A stretch of 64,000 bases of DNA from a bacterium. Lineage in GTDB: Bacteria > Krumholzibacteriota > Krumholzibacteriia > LZORAL124-64-63. The translations under genes and the position numbers were made by a program. The first letter of the stretch is position 1, and each line of letters opens with the position of its first letter. Below are positions 29,157 to 38,464 of the stretch, piece by piece. Location: NCBI GenBank assembly GCA_016703265.1, contig JADJCK010000001.1, positions 389,141 through 453,140 on the forward strand, read 5' to 3'. The notes beneath the pieces are model-generated. The model ran no database searches, was not told where the DNA came from, and saw only the letters and a program-made list of their open reading frames with translations.

Positions 29157-32100
29157 TCAGGCTTCCTTCCCGGCGGTCGAGCCCGCCAGGCGGCCTGCCC
29201 CGGCGACCGCGTTCACGGCATCGGCGTTCTCGGCCGCGGTCTCGGGCACGGCGCCGCCCGCCAGCGCGAAGTAGGCCACCGGCACCACGACCAGCGTCAG
29301 CAGCGTCGCCAGCGACAGGCCCGCGATCACGGTGACGGCCAGCGGCGCCCGCAATTCGGCGCCCTCGCCCAGCCCGAGCGCCATCGGCAGCAGTCCGAGC
29401 ACGGTCGTGAGCGTGGTCATGAGAATCGGTCGCAGGCGCTCGCGGCAGGCCTTCCTCACGGCCTCGACCAGGGGCAACCGGCGCCGCATCTGGTTCATGC
29501 GGTCCACGAGCACGATGCCGTTGTTGACGACGATGCCCGCGAGCATGATGGCGCCGATGACCGCGATCACGCTGACGCTCATCCCCCGCAGCCACAGGCC
29601 GTAGACGGCGCCGCTGAGGGCCAGGGGCACCGTGAACATGATGATGAGCGGGTAGAGGAACGACTCGAACTGCGCCGCCATGACCAGGTAGACCAGGAAC
29701 ACGGCGAGCAGCACCGCCAGCTTCAGGGAACGATAGGACGCCGCCATCTCCTGGTTCTGGCCCCCCATGTCCACGGTGATGCCGGCGGGCAGCGGCAGGT
29801 CGGCCAGCCGTTCCTGCACGTCTCGGGTCACCGAGCCGAGGTCGCGCCCCGAGAGGTTCGCACCGACGATCGCCACCCGCTTGCCGCCCAACCGGTGGAT
29901 CTCCGCCGGGCCGACGGCCGTGCCCAGCGTCGCCACGCTGCCCAGCCGCACGGGTACACCGTCCTGCTCGGCCACGATGAGGTCCTCCACGGCAGTGAGC
30001 GTGGACCTCTGTTCGGATTCGTTCAGGACGCGGATATCGACATGGTTCTCGCGGTCACGGTAGCGGGTGGCCACGGTGCCGCGCAGCTTGCCGCGCACGG
30101 TCTCGGACACGGCGCCCAGGCTGAGGCCGTGCCGGTTCAACTTGTCGCGATCGAAACTGACCTGCACCTCGGGTGAGCCGGGCACCAGGCTCTGCCGCAC
30201 GTCGCGCAGTCCCGGCGTGTCGCGCAGGCGCTCGGCCACCTGGTCGGCGGTCTTCTGCAGGTCGTCGAGATTCCAGCCCGCGACATTGACTTCCACGGGC
30301 GAGCCGAAATTGAGCAGCGATTGCCGCTGCACGCGCATGTGCACCTCGGGATGCGCCGCGATCACGCCGCGCATGCTCTCGAGGGCCCGCCCTTCGGCGA
30401 CGGCGCCGGTGCCGGCCAGTCGCACCTGCAGTTCCGCGCGATTCTCCTTGCGCCGCACCAGGCCGGCCTGGCCGTCGCGCGCGATGCCGATTTCGCCCGC
30501 CACCAGCGATACCTCGGGCAGGGCGCGCAGCCCTTCCTCGATCTGCCCCACTATCGAAGCAGTGCGTGACAGGGGCGTGCCTTCAGGAAGCTCCAGCGCG
30601 AGCGTGAGCTCGCCCTGCGCCAGCGGCGGCACCAGTTCGGTGCCCAGCCGCGGCCAGAGCAGGACACCGCCGGCCGCAAAGGCCAGCGTGGCCACGCCGA
30701 CGGCCAGCTTGCGCCGCAGCGCCCAGGCCAGCGCCCGGTCGTAGCCGCCGACGACGAACGGGAAACCCCGCGCGAAACCGGAGGTCAGGGGCCGCAGCAG
30801 CAGGCGCAGCGCAGCGCCGACCGCGCGCAGCGCCTTGGCGCCGGCGAAGGCCAGCACGCGCGGAAGGGCGATGACGAGGGCCAGGCCCGCCAGTTTCGAC
30901 CAGCGCGACAAGCGGCGACCGCTGACGCCTTCGGCCGGCTTCCAGCCCGAAATGGCACCTGTGGGCGCGCGTGAAACGCCTCCGCGCCCGGCCGCCATCG
31001 GCGTGAAGGTCAGTGACACCAGGAGCGAGACGACCAGCGAGAACGAGACCGTGAGCGCCTGGTCGCGGAAGATCTGTCCGGCCACGCCCACCACCACGAA
31101 GACGATGGGCACGAAAACGGCCAGGGTCGTGAGCGTCGAGGCGGTGACGGCGCCGGCCACCTCGGCCGCGCCGCGGACAGCCGACTCGGCGACGTCCGGG
31201 TCCAGGCGCTGCTCGCGCCGGCGATGGATCGCCTCCAGAACCACGATCGAGTTGTCGACGAGCATGCCGACGCCCAGGGCCAGGCCGCCGAGGGACATGA
31301 TATTGAGCGTCACGCCGCGGCTGAGCATGAGGATGAACGTGGCCACGATGGAGACCGGGATGGCCAGCGCGATGATGAGCGTACCCTTGAAATCGCCAAG
31401 GAAGATGAACAGCACGAGCACGGCCAGCAGGCCGCCCAGCAGGGCGTTGTCCCGCACTTCCTTCACGGCGTCGGCGATGAACACCGACTGGTCGAACAGC
31501 ACTTCCAGCCGCATGGGCGCCGGCAGCTCGCCGCGCAGGCGGTCGAGGTGCGCGCGCACGGCGCGGGCCATCTCCACGGCGTTGGCATCGCCCTCGCGGT
31601 AGACCGCGATCTCGACGCTTTCCTGGCCGTCGATGTGGGTGATGCTCGTGCGGTCCTTGTGGGTCCGCGTGACCGTGGCCACCTCTGCCAGCTTGACCGG
31701 CCGACCGGACACGTTCGCCACCGTCACCTGGCCGATGTCGTCCAGCGACTCGAAGCGGCTGAGCGTGCGCACGATGTACTCGGCATTGCGGTCGCGCAGG
31801 CGGCCGCCCGAGGCGTTCACGTTCTCCTCGCCCACGACGCGCCCGATCGCGGCGATGTCGACGCCCAGCGCCGACAGCTTCGCCTCGTCGACCTCGACGC
31901 GGATCTCCTCCTCGAGGCCGCCATCGACCTGCGCCGCCGCCACGCCGGGCAGTCCCTCGATCTCCTGCTTGAGCACGTCGTCGGCCAGCCGCCGCAGCGT
32001 CACGAGCGAGGTGCCGCCGGACAGGCCGATGCGCAGCACCGGGTCCTGGCCCGGGTCATACTTCAGCAGCAGGGGCACCGCGACGTCATCGGGGAGCCGC

Positions 32101-32444
32101 ACCAGGTCGACCTTCTCGCGCACGTCCAGGGCGGCATAGTCCATGTCCGTGCCCCAGTCGAACTGGAGGGTGACCTGGGACAGGCCGGCCTGGCTGACCG
32201 AGTGCACGCGCCGCAGCCCGGGCACCACGCCCACCGCTTCCTCGAGCGGCCGCGTCACGAGGTTCTCGACGTCGACCGGGGCCGTGCCCGGAAAGTCGGT
32301 CTGGAGGGTGAGCGTCGGGTAACGGATCTCCGGCAGCAGGCGCAGGTCGAGCCGCCCCAGCGAGGTCACCCCGAAGACGACCGCGGCCAGGGTCAGCATC
32401 CACACCGTGACCGGGCGGGTGACAGCCAGGCGGATGAAGCTCAT
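29157..32444 (-). CDS. RND efflux transporter permease (HAE1/AcrB-MdtB-like), upstream paralog
   Basis: 1095 aa RND permease. It sits directly downstream of the membrane fusion protein gene. Confidence 0.9.
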   Translation of the reverse strand: MSFIRLAVTRPVTVWMLTLAAVVFGVTSLGRLDLRLLPEIRYPTLTLQTDFPGTAPVDVENLVTRPLEEAVGVVPGLRRVHSVSQAGLSQVTLQFDWGTDMDYAALDVREKVDLVRLPDDVAVPLLLKYDPGQDPVLRIGLSGGTSLVTLRRLADDVLKQEIEGLPGVAAAQVDGGLEEEIRVEVDEAKLSALGVDIAAIGRVVGEENVNASGGRLRDRNAEYIVRTLSRFESLDDIGQVTVANVSGRPVKLAEVATVTRTHKDRTSITHIDGQESVEIAVYREGDANAVEMARAVRAHLDRLRGELPAPMRLEVLFDQSVFIADAVKEVRDNALLGGLLAVLVLFIFLGDFKGTLIIALAIPVSIVATFILMLSRGVTLNIMSLGGLALGVGMLVDNSIVVLEAIHRRREQRLDPDVAESAVRGAAEVAGAVTASTLTTLAVFVPIVFVVVGVAGQIFRDQALTVSFSLVVSLLVSLTFTPMAAGRGGVSRAPTGAISGWKPAEGVSGRRLSRWSKLAGLALVIALPRVLAFAGAKALRAVGAALRLLLRPLTSGFARGFPFVVGGYDRALAWALRRKLAVGVATLAFAAGGVLLWPRLGTELVPPLAQGELTLALELPEGTPLSRTASIVGQIEEGLRALPEVSLVAGEIGIARDGQAGLVRRKENRAELQVRLAGTGAVAEGRALESMRGVIAAHPEVHMRVQRQSLLNFGSPVEVNVAGWNLDDLQKTADQVAERLRDTPGLRDVRQSLVPGSPEVQVSFDRDKLNRHGLSLGAVSETVRGKLRGTVATRYRDRENHVDIRVLNESEQRSTLTAVEDLIVAEQDGVPVRLGSVATLGTAVGPAEIHRLGGKRVAIVGANLSGRDLGSVTRDVQERLADLPLPAGITVDMGGQNQEMAASYRSLKLAVLLAVFLVYLVMAAQFESFLYPLIIMFTVPLALSGAVYGLWLRGMSVSVIAVIGAIMLAGIVVNNGIVLVDRMNQMRRRLPLVEAVRKACRERLRPILMTTLTTVLGLLPMALGLGEGAELRAPLAVTVIAGLSLATLLTLVVVPVAYFALAGGAVPETAAENADAVNAVAGAGRLAGSTAGKEA

Positions 32445-32447
32445 GGC

Positions 32448-33689
32448 CTACTCCGCCCGCGCCAGGTCGGCAGTGCCGCCGGCCGTCGAGCCGGCGGCAA
32501 CCGCGGTCTTGCCCACGTAGCCGGCAGCCTCGGCGTTGAGGGCGCGGATCGGGGCGCCCGTACGCAGGCCACCCTGCCCCATCGTCACCACGCAGGCGCC
32601 GTCCTCAAGCCCGGACAGGACTTCGACGTGCGTCTCGTCATAGAGCCCCGTTTCGATCTCCACCTTGCGCACGGTATCGGCTTCGGCGATGAACACACTG
32701 CGCAACGCGCCCTCCTCCACCAGCGCCAGCTTGGGCACGGACAGGGCGTCGTGGTGCCGGTCGGTGGTGATGCGGACCTTTACGAAGCCGCCCACGCGCA
32801 GTTCGGGGCCGGCGTTCGCAAGCAGCAGGGTCAAGCGCACGGTGCTCGTGGCGGGATCGACAACCGGCGCAATGCGTTCGACGGTACCTTCGATCGCCAG
32901 TTCGCGGCCTTCCGGTGAGACGAGCACGCGCTGGCCGGCCGTCACCTTGCGGGCCACGTCCTCGGGCAGGTGCACGCGCACCCGCAGCGGCTCGAAATCG
33001 CCCAGGCTGAAGGCCGAGAAGCCGGCCGCCACCTGCTGCCCGGCCACGATGCGGCGGTCCGTCACCATGCCGGCGAACGGTGCGCGCAGGCGCGTGTCCT
33101 CGAGCGCAATGGCGGCGAGATCGCGCTCGGCGGCGGCCAGGCGCCAGGTTGATTCCACAGCGTCGAATTCCTGCTGGCTGATGAGCTCCTGCCCGAGCAT
33201 GCTCCGGCTGCGTTCGAGCAGCCGCGCCTTGTCGGCGACGGTCAACTCGGCCTTCTCCAGCTGGATGCGCTCGCGGTCGTTCTCCAGTTCCGCCAGCACC
33301 TTCCCCGATTCGACCCAGCTGCCTTCCTCGACCGCCACCTGGCGGACCCGGCCCTGGACCCGTGCGACCAGATCCACCAGGCGGTCGGCCTCGATCACCG
33401 ATGCGGCGCGATAGTACGCCTCGATGCCGCGAGCCGAGGCGCGGGCCAGTTCCACCGGCACCGGCTTCGGCTCTTCCTTGTCCTTGTCCTTGCCCTTGCG
33501 TCCCTTGGGCTTGTCCTTGCCTTTGGCCGCGTCATCGCCGGCCGAGGTCGTATCGGTGGCCGCCATGGCGCCGAACATGGGCGCCGGCACCCCGGGCATC
33601 CGGCCGGCCAGCCACAGCCCGGCGCCCCCGCCGAGTGCCAGGACCGCGATCGCGGCCAGGGTGATGGTTCTCTTGCCGGGCTTCCTCAT
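32448..33689 (-). CDS. RND efflux membrane fusion protein (periplasmic adaptor subunit)
   Basis: 413 aa protein with a signal/TM anchor, a Lys/Asp-rich linker, and coiled-coil plus lipoyl and beta-barrel segments typical of the HlyD/AcrA family. Confidence 0.85.
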   Translation of the reverse strand: MRKPGKRTITLAAIAVLALGGGAGLWLAGRMPGVPAPMFGAMAATDTTSAGDDAAKGKDKPKGRKGKDKDKEEPKPVPVELARASARGIEAYYRAASVIEADRLVDLVARVQGRVRQVAVEEGSWVESGKVLAELENDRERIQLEKAELTVADKARLLERSRSMLGQELISQQEFDAVESTWRLAAAERDLAAIALEDTRLRAPFAGMVTDRRIVAGQQVAAGFSAFSLGDFEPLRVRVHLPEDVARKVTAGQRVLVSPEGRELAIEGTVERIAPVVDPATSTVRLTLLLANAGPELRVGGFVKVRITTDRHHDALSVPKLALVEEGALRSVFIAEADTVRKVEIETGLYDETHVEVLSGLEDGACVVTMGQGGLRTGAPIRALNAEAAGYVGKTAVAAGSTAGGTADLARAE

Positions 33690-33886
33690 GGCGGTCCTTT
33701 CGGGCGAAACAATGCCGACGCATCGGGCGCATCCGCAGAACTTTCACTGGCAAGGAGACGCACCGACCCGGCCAAGGTTGCATGGTCCGGTCCAGACGCT
33801 GGAAATCGCCTTGCGGCCGGGTTATCGTAAACGGATCGCCGCCCCCGGGCGGCCCGCCTTCCACGTTGGCCTGGCGAGGTGTCCGC

Positions 33887-35587
33887 ATGCAGAAGCTGGT
33901 CGAGTGCGTACCGAACATCAGCGAGGGCCGCGATCGCGGCATCATCGACGCCGTCACCGCAGTCATCGGTGAAGTCGAAGGCGCAAGGTTGCTCGACGTC
34001 GATCCCGGCGCCGACACGAACCGCACGGTGATCACCTTCATCGGTCCGCCCGAGGCCGTCGCCGAAGCAGCGTTCCGTGTCGTCAGGCGCGCCGCCGAAC
34101 TGATCGACATGAGCCGGCACCACGGGGCGCATCCACGCCACGGCGCCACCGACGTCTGCCCGTTCGTTCCTGTGCGCGGCATCACGATGGAGGAGTGCGC
34201 GGAACTCGCGCGCCGTGTCGGCCGCCGCATCGGCGACGAGCTGGGCATTCCCGTCTACCTCTACGAATCGGCCGCGAGCCGCCCCGAGCGCCGCAACCTG
34301 GCCGACGTGCGCAAGGGCGAGTACGAGGCGCTGCCGCGCAAACTGGGTACGGCCGAATGGGCGCCCGACTTCGGGCCCAACGCGTGGAACGAGCACACGG
34401 CGCGCACCGGCGCCACGAACGTGTCCGCGCGCGGCTTCCTGGTGGCCTACAACGTGAACCTGAACACGCGCGACAAGGCGTTGGCCTCGCAGGTGGCCCT
34501 CGACATCAAGGAAGCCGGCCGTGCGCAGCGCGACGCGCAGGGGAACATCATCAAGGACGCCGCCGGCAACCAGGTGCTGGAGCCCGGCCCGTACCGGCTG
34601 CCCGCCTGCAAGGCCGTCGGCTGGTACATCCCGGCCTACGAGCGCGCGCAGATCTCGATCAACCTCGTCAACACCGACGTGACCAAGCCGCACCAGGCCT
34701 TCGAGGCCTGCGAAGCCAGCGCCCGCGACCGCGGCGCCCGCGTGACCGGCAGCGAGCTGGTGGGCCTGGTGCCCGAAGCGGACCTCCTGGCCGCCGGCCG
34801 GTTCTACCTGCGCCGGGCGGGGCAGTCGGCAGGCGTGCCGCGCCGCCACCTGATCGAGGCCGCGATCCAGAGCCTCGGCCTGCGAGACCTGGGTCCCTTC
34901 GACCCGAACGACAAGGTGATCGAGTACCAGGCCGGCCTGGTCGACGGCCCGCTGGTCTCGATGACCAACCGCGCCTTCGTCGACGAACTGTCAACCGACT
35001 CGCCGGCGCCGGGCGGTGGCTCGGTGGCGGCGCTGTGCGCCGCCCAGGGCGCCGCACTGGCCGCGATGGTGGCCAACCTCACCGTCGGCAAGAAGAAGTA
35101 CGCCGCCGTGTGGGAGAGCATGAAGGACCTGGCCGAGCAGGCCCAGGCGCTGAAGGATGCGTTCCTCGCGGCCATCGACGACGACACCGCGGCCTTCAAC
35201 GCCGTCATGGCCGCATTCGGGCTGCCCAAGGCCACGCCTGCCGAAGCCGCCGCCCGCAACACTGCCGTGGCCGCGGCCACGCTGCGCGCCACCATGGTGC
35301 CGCTGTCGGTGCTGGAAAGGGTGCCTGCCGCACTTGACCTGGCCGCCGAAGTCGCCGAGCACGGCAATGCCAACAGCCTGTCGGACGCCGGTGTCGCGGC
35401 GCTGACGCTGATGGCCGGCGCCGAGGGCGCCTACTACAACGTCCTGATCAACCTCGCGGCCCTGGCCGAGTTGCCCGAGGCCGCCGCGCCCGCCGACCTG
35501 CGCCCGCGCGCCGACGCCGCCCTGGCCCGCTGCGAGACGGCAGCCGCGGCGATCCGGACCTCGGTGCGCCGCCGGCTGGCCGGCTGA
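33887..35587 (+). CDS. ftcD: bifunctional glutamate formimidoyltransferase / formimidoyltetrahydrofolate cyclodeaminase
   Basis: N-terminus MQKLVECVPNISEGRD... is formiminotransferase-like; the C-terminal ~200 aa is Ala-rich and cyclodeaminase-like. ATG start with an upstream GGCGAGG. Confidence 0.8.
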   Translation: MQKLVECVPNISEGRDRGIIDAVTAVIGEVEGARLLDVDPGADTNRTVITFIGPPEAVAEAAFRVVRRAAELIDMSRHHGAHPRHGATDVCPFVPVRGITMEECAELARRVGRRIGDELGIPVYLYESAASRPERRNLADVRKGEYEALPRKLGTAEWAPDFGPNAWNEHTARTGATNVSARGFLVAYNVNLNTRDKALASQVALDIKEAGRAQRDAQGNIIKDAAGNQVLEPGPYRLPACKAVGWYIPAYERAQISINLVNTDVTKPHQAFEACEASARDRGARVTGSELVGLVPEADLLAAGRFYLRRAGQSAGVPRRHLIEAAIQSLGLRDLGPFDPNDKVIEYQAGLVDGPLVSMTNRAFVDELSTDSPAPGGGSVAALCAAQGAALAAMVANLTVGKKKYAAVWESMKDLAEQAQALKDAFLAAIDDDTAAFNAVMAAFGLPKATPAEAAARNTAVAAATLRATMVPLSVLERVPAALDLAAEVAEHGNANSLSDAGVAALTLMAGAEGAYYNVLINLAALAELPEAAAPADLRPRADAALARCETAAAAIRTSVRRRLAG

Positions 35588-35742
35588 CGGGATCGACCTG
35601 CCGGCCTGGACGGGCGCCCACCCCCGGGGCGCCCTGCCGGCAGCGGATAATTCACTGGCCGCGGCCCCTCCCCGCGACCTAAGATGGCGCGTCCGCCGCG
35701 GCGGCCCGCCGACACTCCCGCTTGTGCGAAAGGCGACTGGAA

Positions 35743-37299
35743 ATGGCCTCGGTACCCGGCAACAATCCCCAGCAGTCTCCCTGGCAGCAGATCACCCAGC
35801 CATTCGTCGACCTGGTCCATGCCCCACGCGCGCTGTGGGGCATCAACCTGGCCTACTTCCTCGAGGGCTGGGTCTATTTCGGCATGCTGGGCTACCTGGC
35901 CATGCACTTCTCGGATTTCGTGTTCAAGGGCGTGGCCAACCCGGACATCCATTCGCATCACATGGTCATGGTGCTGACCGCCGGCATCACGATCTCGATG
36001 TTCTTCTTCGGCTCCGTCGCCGACAAGCGCGGCGTGCGGACGACGCTCCTCTGGGCGTTCGTGCTGCTGCTGGCCGGCCGCATCGTCTGGTCCGCCGCAC
36101 CACTGGTGTTCCCCGAGACCGGCCTGTGGAGCGGCATGCACTGGATGACCATGGCCGGCATTTTCCTCGTGGTGCTCGGCTACGGCATGTACCAGCCGGC
36201 CGCCTACGCCGGTGTCCGCAAGTACACCAGTCCCAAGACCGCCGGCATGGGTTACGCCATGCTCTACGCGCTCATGAACCTCGGTGGCTGGCTGCCCTCG
36301 TTCTTCAGCTTCGTGCGCGAGGCCATCGGCATCACCGGCGCCTTCTGGGTCTACACCGGCCTGACAGTGACCGGCCTGGTCACCACCTGGTTGATCCTGA
36401 CGCCGAAGGTCGAGGCCGAGGCCATCGCCCGCGCCGACCGCGAACGTCGCGAGCAGGAGAACGACGCCGACGGCGCCAAGGCCGCCGCCGCCAAGATCGC
36501 CCAGAACGCCATCGACGCAGGCCGCAAGGTCCCCATGCACCTGTGGGCCACCCTGGTGGTCGTGGCCGGCTGCTGCCTGTTCCTGCCGCGCCCGTACGGC
36601 TATACCGTGGCCGCCGCGATGCTGGGCTTCCTCGCGCTGCTCGCCGCCGCGCCCGGCCCGCTGCGCAAGGCGAACGTCTGGCTGGCCAACCACCCGCTGG
36701 CCGACTCCAAGTTCTTCTTCTTCATCTTCGCGCTGATTCCCGTGCAGACGCTGTTCACGTACAACTGGCTGATCCTGCCGCAGTACCTCGAGCGCGCCTT
36801 CGCCGGCGGCATCGTCAGCGACAAGTTCGAGTTCTTCTCGAACCTGAACCCGATCCTGATCTTCGTCGCCGTGCCGATGGTCGCCGCCATCACGCAGCAG
36901 AAGAAGGTCTACAGCATGATGATCGCCGGCACCTTCGTGATGGCCGTGCCGGCCTTCCTCCTGGCCATGGGCACCAACATCTACACCCTGCTGGCGTACC
37001 TGCTGGTCATGACGATCGGCGAGGCGATGTGGCAGCCGCGCTTCCTGCAGTATGCCGCCGAGATCGCCCCCGAGGGCCGCACCGGCGCCTACATGGGCGT
37101 GGCCCAGTTCCCCTGGTTCCTGACCAAGATGCTGGTGCCGCTGTACTCGGGCATGGCCCTGCAGAAGTACGTGCCGGCCGAAGGCCAGCAGGACCCGCGT
37201 GCGATGTGGATGATCTTTGCCCTCGTGGCGATGGTCTCGCCCATCCTGCTGGTTATGGCTCGTGCCTGGGTCGGGAAGGATTTCAAGACCAAGGCCTGA
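35743..37299 (+). CDS. POT/PTR2-family proton-coupled peptide transporter (MFS)
   Basis: 518 aa polytopic protein. It has an ExxERFxYYG-like segment (LEGWVYFGM) and the PTR2 signature FFFGSVADKRGVRTTL (F-G-x-x-AD-x-x-G-x-x-x-T). Confidence 0.75.
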   Translation: MASVPGNNPQQSPWQQITQPFVDLVHAPRALWGINLAYFLEGWVYFGMLGYLAMHFSDFVFKGVANPDIHSHHMVMVLTAGITISMFFFGSVADKRGVRTTLLWAFVLLLAGRIVWSAAPLVFPETGLWSGMHWMTMAGIFLVVLGYGMYQPAAYAGVRKYTSPKTAGMGYAMLYALMNLGGWLPSFFSFVREAIGITGAFWVYTGLTVTGLVTTWLILTPKVEAEAIARADRERREQENDADGAKAAAAKIAQNAIDAGRKVPMHLWATLVVVAGCCLFLPRPYGYTVAAAMLGFLALLAAAPGPLRKANVWLANHPLADSKFFFFIFALIPVQTLFTYNWLILPQYLERAFAGGIVSDKFEFFSNLNPILIFVAVPMVAAITQQKKVYSMMIAGTFVMAVPAFLLAMGTNIYTLLAYLLVMTIGEAMWQPRFLQYAAEIAPEGRTGAYMGVAQFPWFLTKMLVPLYSGMALQKYVPAEGQQDPRAMWMIFALVAMVSPILLVMARAWVGKDFKTKA

Positions 37300-37310
37300 C
37301 GGTGCCGTGT

Positions 37311-37393
37311 GGCGCAGGTGGAAAAGGGAGAGGCCGGGCTTAGCGCGTCGAAGCGACGCGATGCGCCCGGCCTCTCCCTTTTCCACCTGCGCC
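37311..37393. repeat. 83-nt palindromic element A: perfect 29-bp stem, 25-nt loop TTAGCGCG-N9-CGCGATGC with an inner 7-bp stem. Likely a bidirectional terminator.
   Basis: Read directly from the sequence: ggcgcaggtggaaaagggagaggccgggc / loop ttagcgcgtcgaagcgacgcgatgc / gcccggcctctcccttttccacctgcgcc. It starts 12 nt after the POT gene stop. Confidence 0.8.
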
Positions 37394-37509
37394 GCAGCGT
37401 CAAAGTCCAGAGCTTGGGCAGGAAACCTGGGAATGGCAGTCGCTGGCGGGGAATTGGGGGTGCCTTCGGCGGCCCTCGGCGGGGACGAATCGGGCCCGTT
37501 CAGACGTGT

Positions 37510-37698
37510 CTAGTCGGCGGGGACAGCACTGACATGGTTGCCCATCACGAATCGCACCCACCACAGTGACGGCAGGATACGCACCCGGTCCCAGGCGCCG
37601 CGAATGGTTACGCCATTCAAATGACTCCAAGAGCTTTCCACCATGAGTCCGCGGCTCTCCAGTTCACGGGTATATTCGGCGGTTACGGAGCCGAACAC
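37510..37698 (-). pseudogene. possible frameshifted 3' continuation of the 37683..38237 ORF (gene remnant)
   Basis: An open frame -1 relative to the upstream ORF reads ...DPNCSESPSGEYDIFVFGSVTAEYTRELESRGLMVESSWSHLNGVTIRGAWDRV... in a roughly 56-58% GC region, well below the window average. Confidence 0.25.
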
Positions 37699-38237
37699 GA
37701 AGATATCGTATTCCCCGGAAGGCGATTCAGAGCAGTTCGGATCGTGCTTCGCTTCGGGTGCGATCTCCGCAATCCAGCCGAACTAGTCGCGGTCTCATCG
37801 ATGGAAAGATTGCGCACCGTGACCATGACCACGGTCCATACGGCGCCGGCAATGCCACTGGCCTTGGCGTCGGTGAATCGGCGGGCAAGGGAATCGTTCC
37901 GCATGTCGATGGTCATCCGGCGGAATCCGTTCGGGGACACCTGGAGCTCCCCCGACGCGGTATCTGCAAATGCCCTGACATTCCTCCACACGGGCACCAG
38001 CGAGGTATCCAACCCCACGGCAAGTGCATCCGCGCGCATGCTTGCTGCCGCCGCTGCGATATCATCCCGGACCAGGTAGTCCTCGATATCGAACTCCCCG
38101 GCGGTCGCCGGCGGCGCGCCCCGCGCCACGACCGGCAGAAAGCCCACGCCCGCAAACAAGACCATCAGGACCATCCAGCCCCGCCGCCGTCTGCCGGAAG
38201 CGCTGCTCCCCATACGCGTCTCCCATTCCGATGCCAT
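37683..38237 (-). CDS. putative secreted protein of unknown function (lower GC; possibly truncated)
   Basis: 184 aa ORF with ATG preceded by GGGAGA. RRRRGW followed by a hydrophobic stretch (signal or Tat-like). No recognisable domain. Compositionally atypical. Confidence 0.45.
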   Translation of the reverse strand: MASEWETRMGSSASGRRRRGWMVLMVLFAGVGFLPVVARGAPPATAGEFDIEDYLVRDDIAAAAASMRADALAVGLDTSLVPVWRNVRAFADTASGELQVSPNGFRRMTIDMRNDSLARRFTDAKASGIAGAVWTVVMVTVRNLSIDETATSSAGLRRSHPKRSTIRTALNRLPGNTISSCSAP

Positions 38238-38370
38238 ACCGCCGCCGCACCCATAAAAATGCGAAAAGCACGAAGTGTCGGTGACCGCCTCCCGAATCTC
38301 TTCCCAGAATGCTCAGAAAACTCACGACGGCAACTGGGGCGGTCGAAGGCGAGAAGGTTTAGGGTGCCAC

Positions 38371-38453
38371 TGGGTGAATGCTGAAGTGGGTTCCTGGGCG
38401 CATCGCGCCGCCGCGGCGCGCTAAGCCCAGGAACCCACTTCAGCATTCACCCA
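38371..38453. repeat. 83-nt palindromic element B: perfect 29-bp stem, 25-nt loop with the same conserved ends (inverted orientation relative to element A). Likely terminator of the BY-kinase gene.
   Basis: tgggtgaatgctgaagtgggttcctgggc / loop gcatcgcgccgccgcggcgcgctaa / gcccaggaacccacttcagcattcaccca. The reverse complement of the loop is TTAGCGCGccgcggcggCGCGATGC. Confidence 0.8.
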
Positions 38454-38464
38454 CGTGCCGCAGC

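Noticed and set aside
35434-37386. 650-aa minus-strand ORF
   Set aside because: It is antisense to the POT transporter gene. Its N-terminus is simply the mirror reading of palindromic element A.
37758-38384. 208-aa plus-strand ORF inside the low-GC island
   Set aside because: It is His/Arg/Pro-rich with no RBS. The opposite strand carries a better ORF with an RBS and a signal peptide.
37311-38453. Palindromic elements A and B considered as terminal inverted repeats of an IS or MITE, or as integron attC sites
   Set aside because: The stems of A and B share no sequence, so they are not TIRs. There is no transposase or integrase gene, no target-site duplication, and no RYYYAAC/GTTRRRY attC core. 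They are kept instead as a structured repeat family.
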